Shown: one piece after another, positions 1-11,119 of the stretch
Numbering within the stretch: the first letter of the stretch is position 1
How the letters are laid out: every line of letters starts with the position of its first letter
Assembly: GCA_973895155.1 (NCBI GenBank)
Contig: OZ316897.1
Location: 12,833,375 to 12,897,374, forward strand
Length of the DNA: 64,000 bases
Direction of reading: 5' to 3'
Origin: Marsupella aquatica
Taxonomy: Eukaryota > Plantae > Marchantiophyta
The notes under the pieces: generated by a model
What the model saw: the letters and a program-made list of their open reading frames with translations, nothing else
What the model was told of the DNA's origin: nothing
The model's database searches: none
Program-made: the position numbers and the translations under genes

Positions 1-96
1 CTCGTCTCGTCTCGATTCTCGATTGACCATCAGACACTTTACTGGAATGGAACTCAACAACAAACGCTTTGTGCCGAACACCAACTCGCCATCGCC

Positions 97-1239
97 ATGG
101 GTTCTCAGCAAGAGCTGCCGAAGACGCACCGGGCCCTCGTTCTAACTTCGAGGAGTGAGCCTCTCAAAGTCGAGACTGTTCCCACACCGCAGCCGAGACC
201 TGGTAGTGCGGTGGTCCGCATCATTGCAGCGCCCATTCTATCGTTTGCACGTGACGTATATGAAGGTGTTCGCCCACACTCCTTCCCCACACCTCTCGTG
301 GTAGGCTACAGCGCCATCGGACGCATTGCAGCTGTCGGTCCCGACGCGACGCTGCTCACGCCCGGCCAACTTGTGTTCTTCGACTCAACAATTGGAGCTC
401 GCGACGACCCAGGGGGTGCCATATTCCTGTCCGGCGTCATCGATGGGTTTTCTGCTGGCAGCAAGAAGCTGATGGCAGGAGAGTGGAGAGATTCGACTTA
501 CGCGGAGTACGCGAAGGTGCCACTTGAGAATTGTCATTTGCTGAACGAGAGACAGCTCCTTGGGAGTGTTGGCGATGGCGGCCTCGGGTACAGTGTCGAA
601 TCCCTAGCAATCATTTCTCGAATGCTGGTTCCCTACGGTGGGCTGAGGGATGTCAATGTCAAGGCTGGGGAGACGGTCATCGTCGCACCGGCAACGGGAC
701 CCTACGGTGGATGTGCAGTGCTCGTTGCCCTTGCGATGGGCGCAAGGGTTATAGCCATGGGACGTAATGTCGATGTCTTGAAGAAGCTTGCTGTGCTAAA
801 CCCCACCCGGGTCAAGACCGTGGAGATTACAGGCGATGCGGAGGCCCAGACCAACAGACTGCACAGTTGCTTCGGGCCCGTGGATGTGTTTTTCGACATC
901 TCTCCGGCGCAGGCTGCCAAGTCGACGCACATTACTAGTGGGATCCTTGCGCTGAGGCATGGAGGGCGGATCAGTCTCATGGGCGGCATACGTGACGACA
1001 TCTCCATTCCACATTTCACTCTGGTGCATCGCAACCTCCAGCTGAAAGGGTGCTGCATGTATCCTCAGCAGGCAGTCGGAGAGCTTATTAAGATGATTGA
1101 GGCTGATGTGCTGAGGATCGACGAAAGAAGCATCGGACAGAGGTATGTTGGTAAGTTCGAATTAGACGACTGGGACAGTGCCTTAACTGCAGCCGCGGAA
1201 AATGTGGGGATGGGCGAGCTTACCTTGTTTAGCCTGTGA
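97..1239 (+). CDS. Medium-chain dehydrogenase/reductase (GroES-like alcohol dehydrogenase family), intronless, fungal-like; 380 aa
   Basis: Uninterrupted ATG-to-TGA ORF. GroES-like N-terminus (PLVVGYSAIGRIAAVGPDAT..PGQLV), the motif GEWRDSTYAEYAKVPLENC, and a Rossmann glycine motif (VIVAPATGPYGG). The canonical catalytic-Zn GHE is replaced by GYS. Confidence 0.92.
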   Translation: MGSQQELPKTHRALVLTSRSEPLKVETVPTPQPRPGSAVVRIIAAPILSFARDVYEGVRPHSFPTPLVVGYSAIGRIAAVGPDATLLTPGQLVFFDSTIGARDDPGGAIFLSGVIDGFSAGSKKLMAGEWRDSTYAEYAKVPLENCHLLNERQLLGSVGDGGLGYSVESLAIISRMLVPYGGLRDVNVKAGETVIVAPATGPYGGCAVLVALAMGARVIAMGRNVDVLKKLAVLNPTRVKTVEITGDAEAQTNRLHSCFGPVDVFFDISPAQAAKSTHITSGILALRHGGRISLMGGIRDDISIPHFTLVHRNLQLKGCCMYPQQAVGELIKMIEADVLRIDERSIGQRYVGKFELDDWDSALTAAAENVGMGELTLFSL

Positions 1240-2422
1240 AGCTGATTCAGCATCGACCCATTTTTCTTCACACAATTCAATGTCTGTGTCTCCCTGGATT
1301 GAGAAAAACTTATTCTCTTCCTTCGACCGTAAATGGCCAATTTTCTGTAGGAAATGATCCGAGTCGGCACCGATTTGGGAGGGATATTATGAGTTGAGAT
1401 GATAGGTGACAGTTGCTGAGAGCGAATAATCGCGAAGGCCCACTACGCAGCTAGGTCTACTGTGCTTAGTGACGAGGGGACAATCACGCCCGTTATGATA
1501 CCCAGAGCTTGGAAAGGATAGTTACCTTTCAAAACTAAGTATGGAGACGAAGGTTCTGTACACGCCCACGCATTGTAGATAACGCAATGTGAAAAGTTGA
1601 GAGTATGATGGCCCTGTTGGCTTTTATGTTTTCTCTCGCTAACTATGAACGATTCAGGATCTGTGTGATCGATTTCAAGTTCTTCGTAATTCACCTTCGA
1701 GGATAAAAATTACAGGGTAATGTAGTAGAAGTTGAGCAGCTCGAAAGGACCGGCTTCTTCATCGTCGGTACGTTTCCTATCTCTTTGCTATCCACCATAT
1801 TACCCGAAAGAGTTGGACGCCTAAGTCTCGTTAAGAGTAGTTGTTATACGTTCTTTGCAAAGAAGATTATGACCACTGCTGTTCAACAGGGTACATGGGA
1901 AAACAATATCTCTGGAAAACCCACTTTGAACCGGCGTTTCCTCATCTCAGAAAGGCCCTTACATACCGGGTGGAAGAACCAGAAGACAAAATGTCACAAG
2001 TCGCAAGCTCTGATTGATTGCTACTCAGTTCAAAGTCCAGAGTCTAGTCAGCGCAGCTGGGAGCGCTGCAGTTGACAAACACGATGACAAGTATACTTGA
2101 AGTGCTGGAGCAAAAGTATACTTCGGCATGGGGATCCTCTCTGTAAACACAACGAATACACCCAGAGGGTTGCAACACACACGGGGAACTCTGGCTGCAG
2201 TTGAAAGGACGAACATGAAAAGGTTGAACCCTTGTCGGAGTGACTGCAAAATTGACCTCGATTAGTAGCGTGGAAAATTATTGTTCTGACGGAACGCACT
2301 GCTGTCGTAGATAAATCGGGGATAATCATCTCCTCTCGTTGAAGAGAGGGAGATACGCTCAAGTAGAATCAGCGCCAGTTCTGGACAAGGTTCCAGCTCC
2401 GAACCAATGAGCACGATCTGAC

Positions 2423-2661
2423 GTGAGAAGATCTACTTCTGATTGCTACATGGAGGATTGCGTAACTTTCCCGACTGGAGTAATTTGCAGTTGCCGATCG
2501 ATCTGTCAATGTCCATTCTTTTACTACGAGGGAGAATTCTATCCTGATATGGGCTGCAGACATATTAATTTCCTTGGAACTCAGCAGGCAGCTAGATCTG
2601 AATAGATCGAGAAGGTTTTAAAGTCCATGTCGATTGATACCTTCTACCAAGGCCAATTGTA
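2423..2661 (+). pseudogene. Decayed coding remnant with SWIM-like zinc-finger motif
   Basis: Frame reads CQCPFFYYEGEFYPDMGCRHI (CxC-x14-CxH) and has in-frame stops. An inverted, diverged copy lies at about 46980-47230. Confidence 0.3.
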
Positions 2662-2848
2662 AGCTAGACACCATATTTGTTGATGAACAAATGAAAACAC
2701 ACATCACCAACTCTTATATATATTAACAAAAGGATACATCTACCTACAGACATTTAACCTTGGCCTGCCCTCTTGCACTTCCTCAGACTAGCCATGATGC
2801 AAGGCGTCCAATTTCCAAGACGAGTTTGGTACAACATTGACTGGGAAA

Positions 2849-3142
2849 CTAGAAATTAAGCTGGACCACTTCTTGGGTACACTGTGAAGGCTCTCCTGCT
2901 TGCTCTCCTGGGTGCTCTTGAGCCTCCCCGGGGTGCTCTTGAACCTCTCCTGGCTGCCCTTGAGCCCCTCTTGGCTGCGCTTGAGGTCCTTCCCTGTCTA
3001 ATGGAGGACCGAATAACTGTCTAATTATTGCGAACCACATCATAATGTAGTTCGCAATAACCCATGTCAAGACCAGCTTCAAGCCCTCAAAGATACAGTC
3101 TGACAGGATATTGAGCAGTATACTCAAAACGTTTGGATCCAT
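2849..3142 (-). CDS. Small orphan membrane protein, copy 1 (MDPNVLSILL...; 97 aa)
   Basis: ATG at 3142. About 43 hydrophobic N-terminal residues are followed by a tail of 7-aa (E/Q)xPGEAQ-type repeats. The ORF is conserved in three other copies in the window. Confidence 0.6.
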   Translation of the reverse strand: MDPNVLSILLNILSDCIFEGLKLVLTWVIANYIMMWFAIIRQLFGPPLDREGPQAQPRGAQGQPGEVQEHPGEAQEHPGEQAGEPSQCTQEVVQLNF

Positions 3143-5118
3143 GTTCACTGAAGCCCTTAGGAGTCTTCTTCACCTGGCGACATAAAACGTTTCAACTGAG
3201 TCAGCACAAATATCAGAACTCGCGGGATATCTCAGTCTCCCATTTGTTTGCTAATCCGTTGAAATTCGCTCGACTGTGGTGCTTCTGTATGCTAAAGGCT
3301 ACCTAGCTAAAGCAGCAACTTTAAATAGCAATATTAAACCAAACTCTACATTACAATCACTCTGGTCTGATGCGTCTCCTTCACCTGGCCACATGTTTGT
3401 TTTCTCGTTGATCCACTCAGATCAAACCACATTGTCAAGAGAAAAATTGAGTAAAACTCAGATTCCTTCACTAGTATAATTGGCTTCCATCATGGCACTG
3501 AAGGAAGCCACGAAAACTCTGATGAAACAAAGGGGACTGGAACTAGATCGACAGACCTTAGTACAATTGTACGCTACTGATCCTGACAGAACTCATGCTG
3601 ATTAGATATCTCTTTGCTATGATCCTTACACCCAGTCCATTTTGTTTAGGATACGGTTCCCCCACACTGGTGATTCATTTCCCTGAACATTGGTTTCTCA
3701 GTGTTTGACACCCTGAAATAAGCAAATTCGTGTGATAGAACTGCCCAACCGTCTTACAGAAGTAGATGCAGTGTAGATTTTTCCCCGGTTGGCATTGGGT
3801 TTGTAATGCGACAGGTCATTGGACACGTTTTAATCGGACGCTACTTACGATTTGAAATGTCCTTTCCTTCCGGTGTGAAGTTTTCATCTCACTCCTTGTG
3901 GAATAAAGATCAAGGCTGACCCCTGTTTCTTTCAAAAAGAGATGAAAAAGAAAATTGAACAAATTGGGTCATCCTACAGGCCCAAAATGTATCAGATTCC
4001 TCCTATGAAGCTCCGTAATTTTGACCGACCAAGAGCGCGAACACAATCTTAAGATAGATAGTTGGGCAAAATACCAATTTGGTTGTCAGATACAGCCCTT
4101 GCAGGTCTACTGGATGTCGCATGAGTGTGTTCTTCCAGAGCTGCGCAGCTACAGCAGCAAAGTAGTGCCAAACGTTCAGGGCTCGAGCTTGGATTGCCCA
4201 CGTTCTTCCTTAGAGACGTTTTCGAAAGGTGTATATAGTGCAAATTTTTTTGTGCTACGAATTCCCCCGCAACAGAACCCTGCCCGTCTTGGACTCGGCC
4301 CCTCTCATGGACTCGCGCCCGCTTCCACAAGACAAGGATCAACGAGCCGACATTCCAGCCCCCGTCAGGAAAGAGATGTCTTTCGGATTAGAGGCCTTCA
4401 CGTCAGCATTTTGGACTTTATTCTTTAATAAAGTAACCACATCGAAGGAAACAATGAGTATAGATCTGTACGGTACTGTCCTAGCAAGCCGGAAGTCAAG
4501 GACAACCAGAATGGTGCCAAAAATCAACTGGGTATAAAACTGTGGACTGTATATAAAGGCCTAAATAAACTGGATATGGAAAACTGGATACGGAGGCTCG
4601 AAATCCCGATCCAGAGTGTCCTATTGCGAAGTCTGTGCTCCTGTACGATGGTGGGGTAGAGTCAAACGTCCAGACATGCGTCAGAATTGAGCATTCCTGG
4701 AGCAAGTGAGGGGCAGCACTGAGAGCGGTGGTTTTGCTCTCCGAATGTCTACAAGATCTGTGAAATGTGGGATCCGGCTGCATCCGAACTCCGAAAGTCA
4801 AATCGGAAGCTGGCAACGTCCACGATCATGTCCCGACTCGCGTCAGAAATGAGCATTCTTGGAGCAAGTGAGCGGCTGAGCTGACAGTGGTGGCTTTGCT
4901 CTCCGAGTCTATAAGGTCTGTGAAATATGTGATCGAGCTGGACCCGAATTTCGGACTTACCTCAAATCAGAAGCTGTCCAACAACGGACGGGGTCCCAGA
5001 TTCAAGTCAAGTAGAAGGTAAGCGAAACCAACAACGGACGGCCGGGGGTCCCAGATCAACTGGACTGTATATGTGCGGGTATATGTGGACAAGAAGTCGC
5101 TTCTGTTCTTTTTTTTTT

Positions 5119-5341
5119 CCGCCGAAAGCAGGCCCCCATTTCTTCGCCGAAAGCAGGCCCATTTCTCGGCCGAAAGCAGGCCAATCGTTTGCGAGTCAGA
5201 TCACAATCTCTTACTCTGCATCGTTTGCGAGAAGCCAATTTGCGAAGCCAATTTTTTCGGTTGCGAGATCACAATCTCTTACTCTGCATCGTTTGCAAGA
5301 TCACAATCTCTTACTCTGCGCAATGCCAATATCTTCCTCTG
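5119..5341. repeat. Compound minisatellite
   Basis: ccgaaagcaggcc x3, followed by agatcacaatctcttactctgcatcgtttgc x3. Confidence 0.8.
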
Positions 5342-5745
5342 CGCAATACTATAAGGGCTCGTCTGGTAACAGAGATTGCTAAAGCACGACCATACTAAAA
5401 GTGATGTTAGCTTGAAATAATAGGCGAGAGTCGGCGGAACACCTGATTGATGGAGCTGCCGTGTGAGGATTAAGCTGCCAAGTCCACTTGCGGCTTCGGG
5501 TGCCAACTTCTGGCGCCTTAGCTGCCTTCGAATCAAACAATCGCTCTCAAGGACTGACTGAAGAAGGCGAGAGCACAGGCAATCAACCGGCGTGTCGCTC
5601 CTGCAGCATCCAACAGCAACAACGACACATAACCTGAGCACTCACGTATCATGTGGATGGCCTGAAATGGATCGAATTTATTCTCGAAAATTATGAAATC
5701 GAGACTGAGTAAGCATGCGAGCGCAAGATGTGATAAAATATATAG

Positions 5746-6032
5746 ACGATCATCCTCTGGAAGTAAAATTGCAGAAAATCAGAACTCTTACGGTACCCAT
5801 CAATGGCGCCTTCGAATCAAACGATCTCTGGAAGTGAAATTGCAGAAAATCAGAACTCTTACGGTACCCATCAATGGCGCCTTCGAATCAAACGATCTCT
5901 GGAAGTGAAATTGCAGAACTCCTACGGTACCCACAGTGGCGCCTTCGACTCAAACGAGCGAAGTGTGATTGCCGAGACTGCCGAGCTCTCCCAAATGTGA
6001 ATGCCGCGACTGCCGAGCTCTCCCAAATGTGA
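5746..6032. repeat. Tandem repeats: about 3 x 71 bp plus 2 x 32 bp
   Basis: Unit acgatctctggaagtgaaattgcagaaaatcagaactcttacggtacccatcaatggcgccttcgaatcaa, then gccgagactgccgagctctcccaaatgtga twice. Confidence 0.85.
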
Positions 6033-7100
6033 ACCAGTCTGAAACCTGTACATCCGCAGTCACAAACAATAAGTGTGTTTATACCCCAAAGTTTTCCGTA
6101 TTATATTGTCATCTTTGTGGCGGATGCCAGGTGGCAAGGCGTCATTGGCCCTGATGTTTCTTGGTTCTCCCTCCCCGACTGCTGCTTGCACCTCCCGCAG
6201 CCTTATAGTGTTTTTCCCGACTGCTGCTTGCACGCCCGCGGCTTATTATGCTGATTTTGTATTCAATTATGTTCCTGACCGTCAGATCTCCCTTAAGGCG
6301 GACGGTTAGATTCTGGCTAATGGGGCTGGGAGTAGGTGGAACATTTGGTGCAAACAGAAAGTAGCGACCATAAGTGGCGAAGGATTTTTTGGGGAGGTGG
6401 AATCTAGCAATTTTCGCCACTAAAAGAAACACTGGCTTGCACCTCCCTCCGCGCCTTGCTGCTTGCACCTCCCTGCCCGACTCCTCGGCTGGTCTGATGA
6501 CGCTGATAAGCTGGTTTGATGCAAGTTTGATGCAAAGGGCTTTGCTTCCTACACACTTCATTACACACATTCCTCAAACATGTGGTCACATTTCATCAGA
6601 CACATTCCTCACATAAACATGTGGTACATATACTATTTAATTTAATTTTTTTACTTTTCTTTCAATATGTTGTCCAATTTGTTCCTGTACACAATAGATT
6701 TCATGGGGCTGAAAGTAAAGAATAGGGAGTCAAAATTTTTAAGCCAATAAGATTGTAACTTTTCCAGTGACCGAAGGATGTACAAATACTGTATCAAAGA
6801 ATATAATTTTTCCTCACACTCACTCCTAAATCAGAGGTAAGTATAGAGCATTTTCATTGGTTCCTGAGTTAAAATTCATACATTTAAAATATAATATACA
6901 TTTTGGCATATGGTGTATTTGGGCCCTAGGGGATGTCAGAGGGAAGTGACCGTACTCCCTACCCCTACCTTATGGAACCTGGCCCTAAGCCACCGCAACA
7001 TTGCATTCTTCGCCAGCTGGTACTCCTGTCGCGCCTATCTTTCTTCCTCTCTTCTGTCTTAAATTTTTTTTTTTCCCCCACTTTGGTCAACCTTCCCCTC

Positions 7101-7351
7101 CTTTCCAATTTCTTCCGTACCGCACCTTTCCAATTTCCCAATTTCTTCCGTACCGCACCTTTCCAATTTCCCGATTTCTTCCCTACCGCACTCCTCCTTT
7201 CCAATTTCCCAATTTCTTCCCTACCGCACTCCTCCTTTCCCAATTTCTTCCGTACCGCACTCCTCCTTTCCAATTTCTTCCGTACCGCACTCCTCCTTTC
7301 CCAATTTCTTCCGTACCGCACTCCTCCTTTCCAATTTCTTCCGTACCGCAC
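7101..7351. repeat. Pyrimidine-rich minisatellite (about 7 units of 30-40 bp)
   Basis: Repeated ttccaatttcttccgtaccgcactcctcct. Confidence 0.9.
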
Positions 7352-7607
7352 TATTGTAAGCCACCGCAACATTGAATTCTTCGGCATCCCCAGTTGGTAC
7401 AACTGCAGCAATGTCGCATATATTTATTCCTCTTTTTTCTTAAATTTTTTTATTCTTCCCCCACTTTGGCCAACCTTCGTCCCCTTTCTGATGAGAGAGG
7501 AAAACCTTTTTGTCTGACCTTATCCCCATTTCCCTATGTAAGCCAACACAATTATCTTTCTATAGAGATTCGATCGCGAGAAGTGCCCTAGGGGTCTTAC
7601 TATATGG

Positions 7608-8645
7608 ATGTCTCCCATCACCCGCCACGTTTCTGTCTCCATAACTGTGGGTCCCGACGCGACGCTGACGCCCGGCCAACTTGTGTTCTTCGACTCAACA
7701 ATTGGAGCTCGCGACGTTTCTGTCTCCATAGCTGTCGGTCCCGACGCGACGCTGCTGACGCCCGGCCAACTTGTGTTCTTCGACTCAACAATTGGAGCTC
7801 GCGACGACCCAGGGGGTGCCATATTCCTGTCCGGCGTCATCGATGGGTTTTCTGCTGGCAGCAAGAAGCTGATGGCAGGAGAGTGGAGGGATTCGACTTA
7901 CGCGGAATACGCGAAGGTTCCACTTGAGAATTGTCATTTGCTGAACGAGAAACAGCTCCTTGGGAGTGTTGGCGATGGCGGCCTCGTGTATAGTGTCGAA
8001 TCCCTAGCAATTATTTCTCGAATGCTGGTTCCCTACGGTGGGCTGAGGGATGTCAATGTCAAGGCTGGGGAGACGGTCATCGTCGCACCGGCAACGGGAC
8101 CCTACGGTGGATGTGCCGTGCTCGTTGCCCTTGCGATGGGCGCAAGGGTTATAGCCATGGGACGTAATGTCGATGTCTTGAAGAAGCTTGCTGTGCTAAA
8201 CCCCACCCGGGTCAAGACCGTGGAGATTACAGGCGATGCGGAGGCCCAGACCAATAGACTGCACAGTTGCTTCGGGCCCGTGGATGTGTTTTTCGACATC
8301 TCTCCGGCGCAGGCTGCCAAGTCGACGCACATTAGGAGTGGGATTCTTGCGCTGAGGCATGGAGGGCGGATCAGTCTCATGGGCGGCATACGTGACGACA
8401 TCTCCATTCCACATTTCACTCTGGTGCATCGCAACCTCCAGCTGACAGGGTGCTGCATGTATCCTCAGCAGGCAGTCGGAGAGCTTATTAAGATGATTGA
8501 GGCTGATGTGCTGAGGATCGACGAAAGAAGCATTGGACAGAGGTATGTTGGTAAGTTCGGATTAGAGGAGTGGGACAGTGCCTTAACTGCAGCCGCGGAA
8601 AATGTGGGGATGGGCGAGCTTACCTTGTTTAGCCCGTGGACCTGA
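7608..8645 (+). CDS. Second MDR/ADH copy, 5'-truncated with a replaced N-terminus (345 aa); may be non-functional
   Basis: Near-identical to 97..1239 from nt 7731 onward. The first 78 aa are lost and replaced by foreign sequence plus an in-frame 87-bp tandem duplication; the frame stays open. Confidence 0.7.
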   Translation: MSPITRHVSVSITVGPDATLTPGQLVFFDSTIGARDVSVSIAVGPDATLLTPGQLVFFDSTIGARDDPGGAIFLSGVIDGFSAGSKKLMAGEWRDSTYAEYAKVPLENCHLLNEKQLLGSVGDGGLVYSVESLAIISRMLVPYGGLRDVNVKAGETVIVAPATGPYGGCAVLVALAMGARVIAMGRNVDVLKKLAVLNPTRVKTVEITGDAEAQTNRLHSCFGPVDVFFDISPAQAAKSTHIRSGILALRHGGRISLMGGIRDDISIPHFTLVHRNLQLTGCCMYPQQAVGELIKMIEADVLRIDERSIGQRYVGKFGLEEWDSALTAAAENVGMGELTLFSPWT

Positions 8646-9730
8646 TTCAGCATCGACCCATTTTTCTTCACACAATTCAATGCCTGTGTCTCCCTGGATT
8701 GAGGAAAAATTATTCTCTTCCTTCGACCGTCAATGGCCAATTTTCTGTAGGAAATGATCCGAGTCGGCACCGATTTGAGAGGATATTATGAGTTGAGATG
8801 ATAGGTGAGAGTTGGTGAGAGAGAATAATCGCGGAGGCCCACTACGCAGCTAGGTCTACTGTGCTTAGTGACGAGGGGACAATCACGCCCGTTATGATAC
8901 CCAGAGCTTGGAAAGGATAGTTACCTTTCAAAACTAAGGATGAAGACTAAGGTTCTGTACACGGCCACGCATTGTAGATAACGCAATGCGCAATGTGAAA
9001 ATGTAAACAGAGTATTGAAAAGTTGAGAGTATGATGGCCCTGTTGGCTTTTATGTTTTCTCAAACGTTTTCTCTCGCTAACTATGTACGATTGAGGATCT
9101 GTGTGATCGATTTCAAGTTCTTCGTAATTCTCCTTCGAGGATAAAAATTACAGGGTAATGTAGTAGAAGTTGAGCAGCTCGAAAGGACCGGCTTCTTCAT
9201 CGTCGGTACCTTTCCTATCTCTTTGCTATCCACCATATTACACGAAAGAGTTGGACGCGGAAGTCTCGTTAAGAGTAGTATTTATACGTTCTTTGCAAAG
9301 AAGCTTATGACCACTGCTGTTCAACAGGGTTCATGGGAAACCAATATCTCTGGAAAACCCACTTGAAACCGGCGTTTCCTCATCTCAGAAAGGCCCTTAC
9401 ATACCGGGTGGAATAACTGGAAGACAAGATGTCACAAGTCGCAAGCTCTGATTGATTGCTACTCAGTTCAAAGTCCAGAGTCTAGTCAGCGCAGCTGGGA
9501 GCGCAGTTGACAAACGCGATGACAAGCATACTTGAAGTGCTGGAGCAAAAGTATATTTCGGCATGAGGATCCTCTCTATAAACACAACGAATACACCCAG
9601 AGAGTTGCAACACACACGGGGAACTCTGGCTGCAGTTGAAAGGAGAATGAACATGAAAAGGTTGAACCCAAGTCGGAGTGACTGCAAAATTGACCTCGAT
9701 TAGTAGCGTGGAAAATATTGTTCTGACGGA
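7731..9730 (+). repeat. Recent segmental duplicate of 331..2293
   Basis: Colinear, near-identical sequence from gctgtcggtcccgac to gttctgacgga. Confidence 0.95.
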
Positions 9731-9806
9731 TTCGCCATGGGACGTAATGTGGGCGAAACATCGTAATGTGGGCGAAACATCGTAATATTGTTCTGACGGA
9801 TTCGCC

Positions 9807-9960
9807 ATGTTTCGCCAGAAGAACTATGGGAGGATGGACATGTACCTAACACGAGAGGATCTGGTGGCTGACGTAACTCGGGTTGAGGTTGGTCTAGGAC
9901 TGGCAGGGTGTCCAGTGGTTCTCGTGGGGCATTGCCTAGGAGGTTTCGTCTTGAAGTTTG
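9807..9960 (+). pseudogene. Alpha/beta-hydrolase fragment (SERAC1/DUF676-like, resembling the N-terminal domain of liverwort hydrolase-NLRs)
   Basis: GRMDMYLT.EDLVAD...GCPVVLVGHCLGGFVLK, a nucleophile-elbow GHxLGG motif. Only about 50 codons; no NB-ARC or LRR seen. Confidence 0.6.
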
Positions 9961-10330
9961 TTAATTTGCGGACAATTTTTTTCGAAGAAATACACGAAAG
10001 CCTCGTGCACAACGTGCTCATGTTTTCTTTTCAAATCCGAGAGGAATTTTCGTGTACAGGACTCCCCACACATTTTGCACGGTTGTTTGAAAGGTGATGG
10101 TGTACTTGCAGCAGATATGGAGACTGTTAAGGCATCTAGAAGAACTGAGTGCTTCATAGAATTAAAGAGAAGAAACGGTCAACATTTGGAATAGGTGATT
10201 CACGAGCAACATACATGGTAAGCTTTATCGCTGTTCATTTTTTGATGTTTGGTGCAGTATTTTGCAGTGTTTTATTTCTCTATTATGTTTGACCTAATGT
10301 TGGTCGGATATGATTCTGAGTTTTTTTTGG

Positions 10331-10443
10331 CATCCGACAGAGGTATGTTGGTAAGTTCGGATTAGAGGAGTGGGACGGTGCTTGTGTGCAGTGGCAAATA
10401 ATGTGGGGTTGGGCAACCTTCCGTGTTTCGCCGTTGAATTTGA
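10331..10443 (+). pseudogene. ADH 3'-end remnant
   Basis: Matches 1131..1246 (QRYVGKFGLEEWD...) with indels. Confidence 0.8.
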
Positions 10444-11119
10444 TTCAGCATCCATCCAGTTTTCTTCGCACAATTCAACACCACTGTCTCCCTTGATTAA
10501 GAAAAACTTATTCCTAACCTTCGACCGTAAAACAATTTCTCTGTGGGAAATGATCCCAGTTGAGAGGGTAAGCATGAGTTGATATGAGAGCTGAGAGTTG
10601 GTCCGAGAGAATAATTGCGAAGGCCGGCCATGTATTGTAGGTATACCCAATGTAAAAATGGAAACAGGGAAATTAAAAGTTGAGAGTATGATAGCCCTGT
10701 TGGTTAGCCCTGTTGGTTTTTATCTTTTATCAAAAAGTTTTTCTCCAACTATGTACGATTCAGGATCTGTTTGATTGAATTCAAGTTGTCATAGCTCACC
10801 TTGGAAGATAAATGTTACAGGGTAATGTATTGAGACTTTCTACAGAGCCTTCTACCAAGGCCCATTGTAAGCTGGAAAACATGTTTGTGAAATCAAAACA
10901 CACGATGAGATCACTAACTTTCATATGTTAACAAAACGACACATCTATCTATGAAGATATAATCTTGGCCCGCCCTGGCTCTTGCATGTCAGCACACTAG
11001 CCGGAGTCCAATTTGCGAGAAGACAATCGACATGAACGTAATCAGGGACCGGTCAACGTTGTACCTTATTTTAATGTTTTGCGTTATCAAATTGCTCCAG
11101 GTTCTTCGTGGGTAGACTG

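Noticed and set aside
6933-7517. ORFs of 124-194 aa on both strands
   Set aside because: They are translations of a stop-poor minisatellite.
6923-7594. gccctagggg direct repeat as the TSD of an insertion
   Set aside because: No TIRs inside and no empty-site copy to compare; may be chance.
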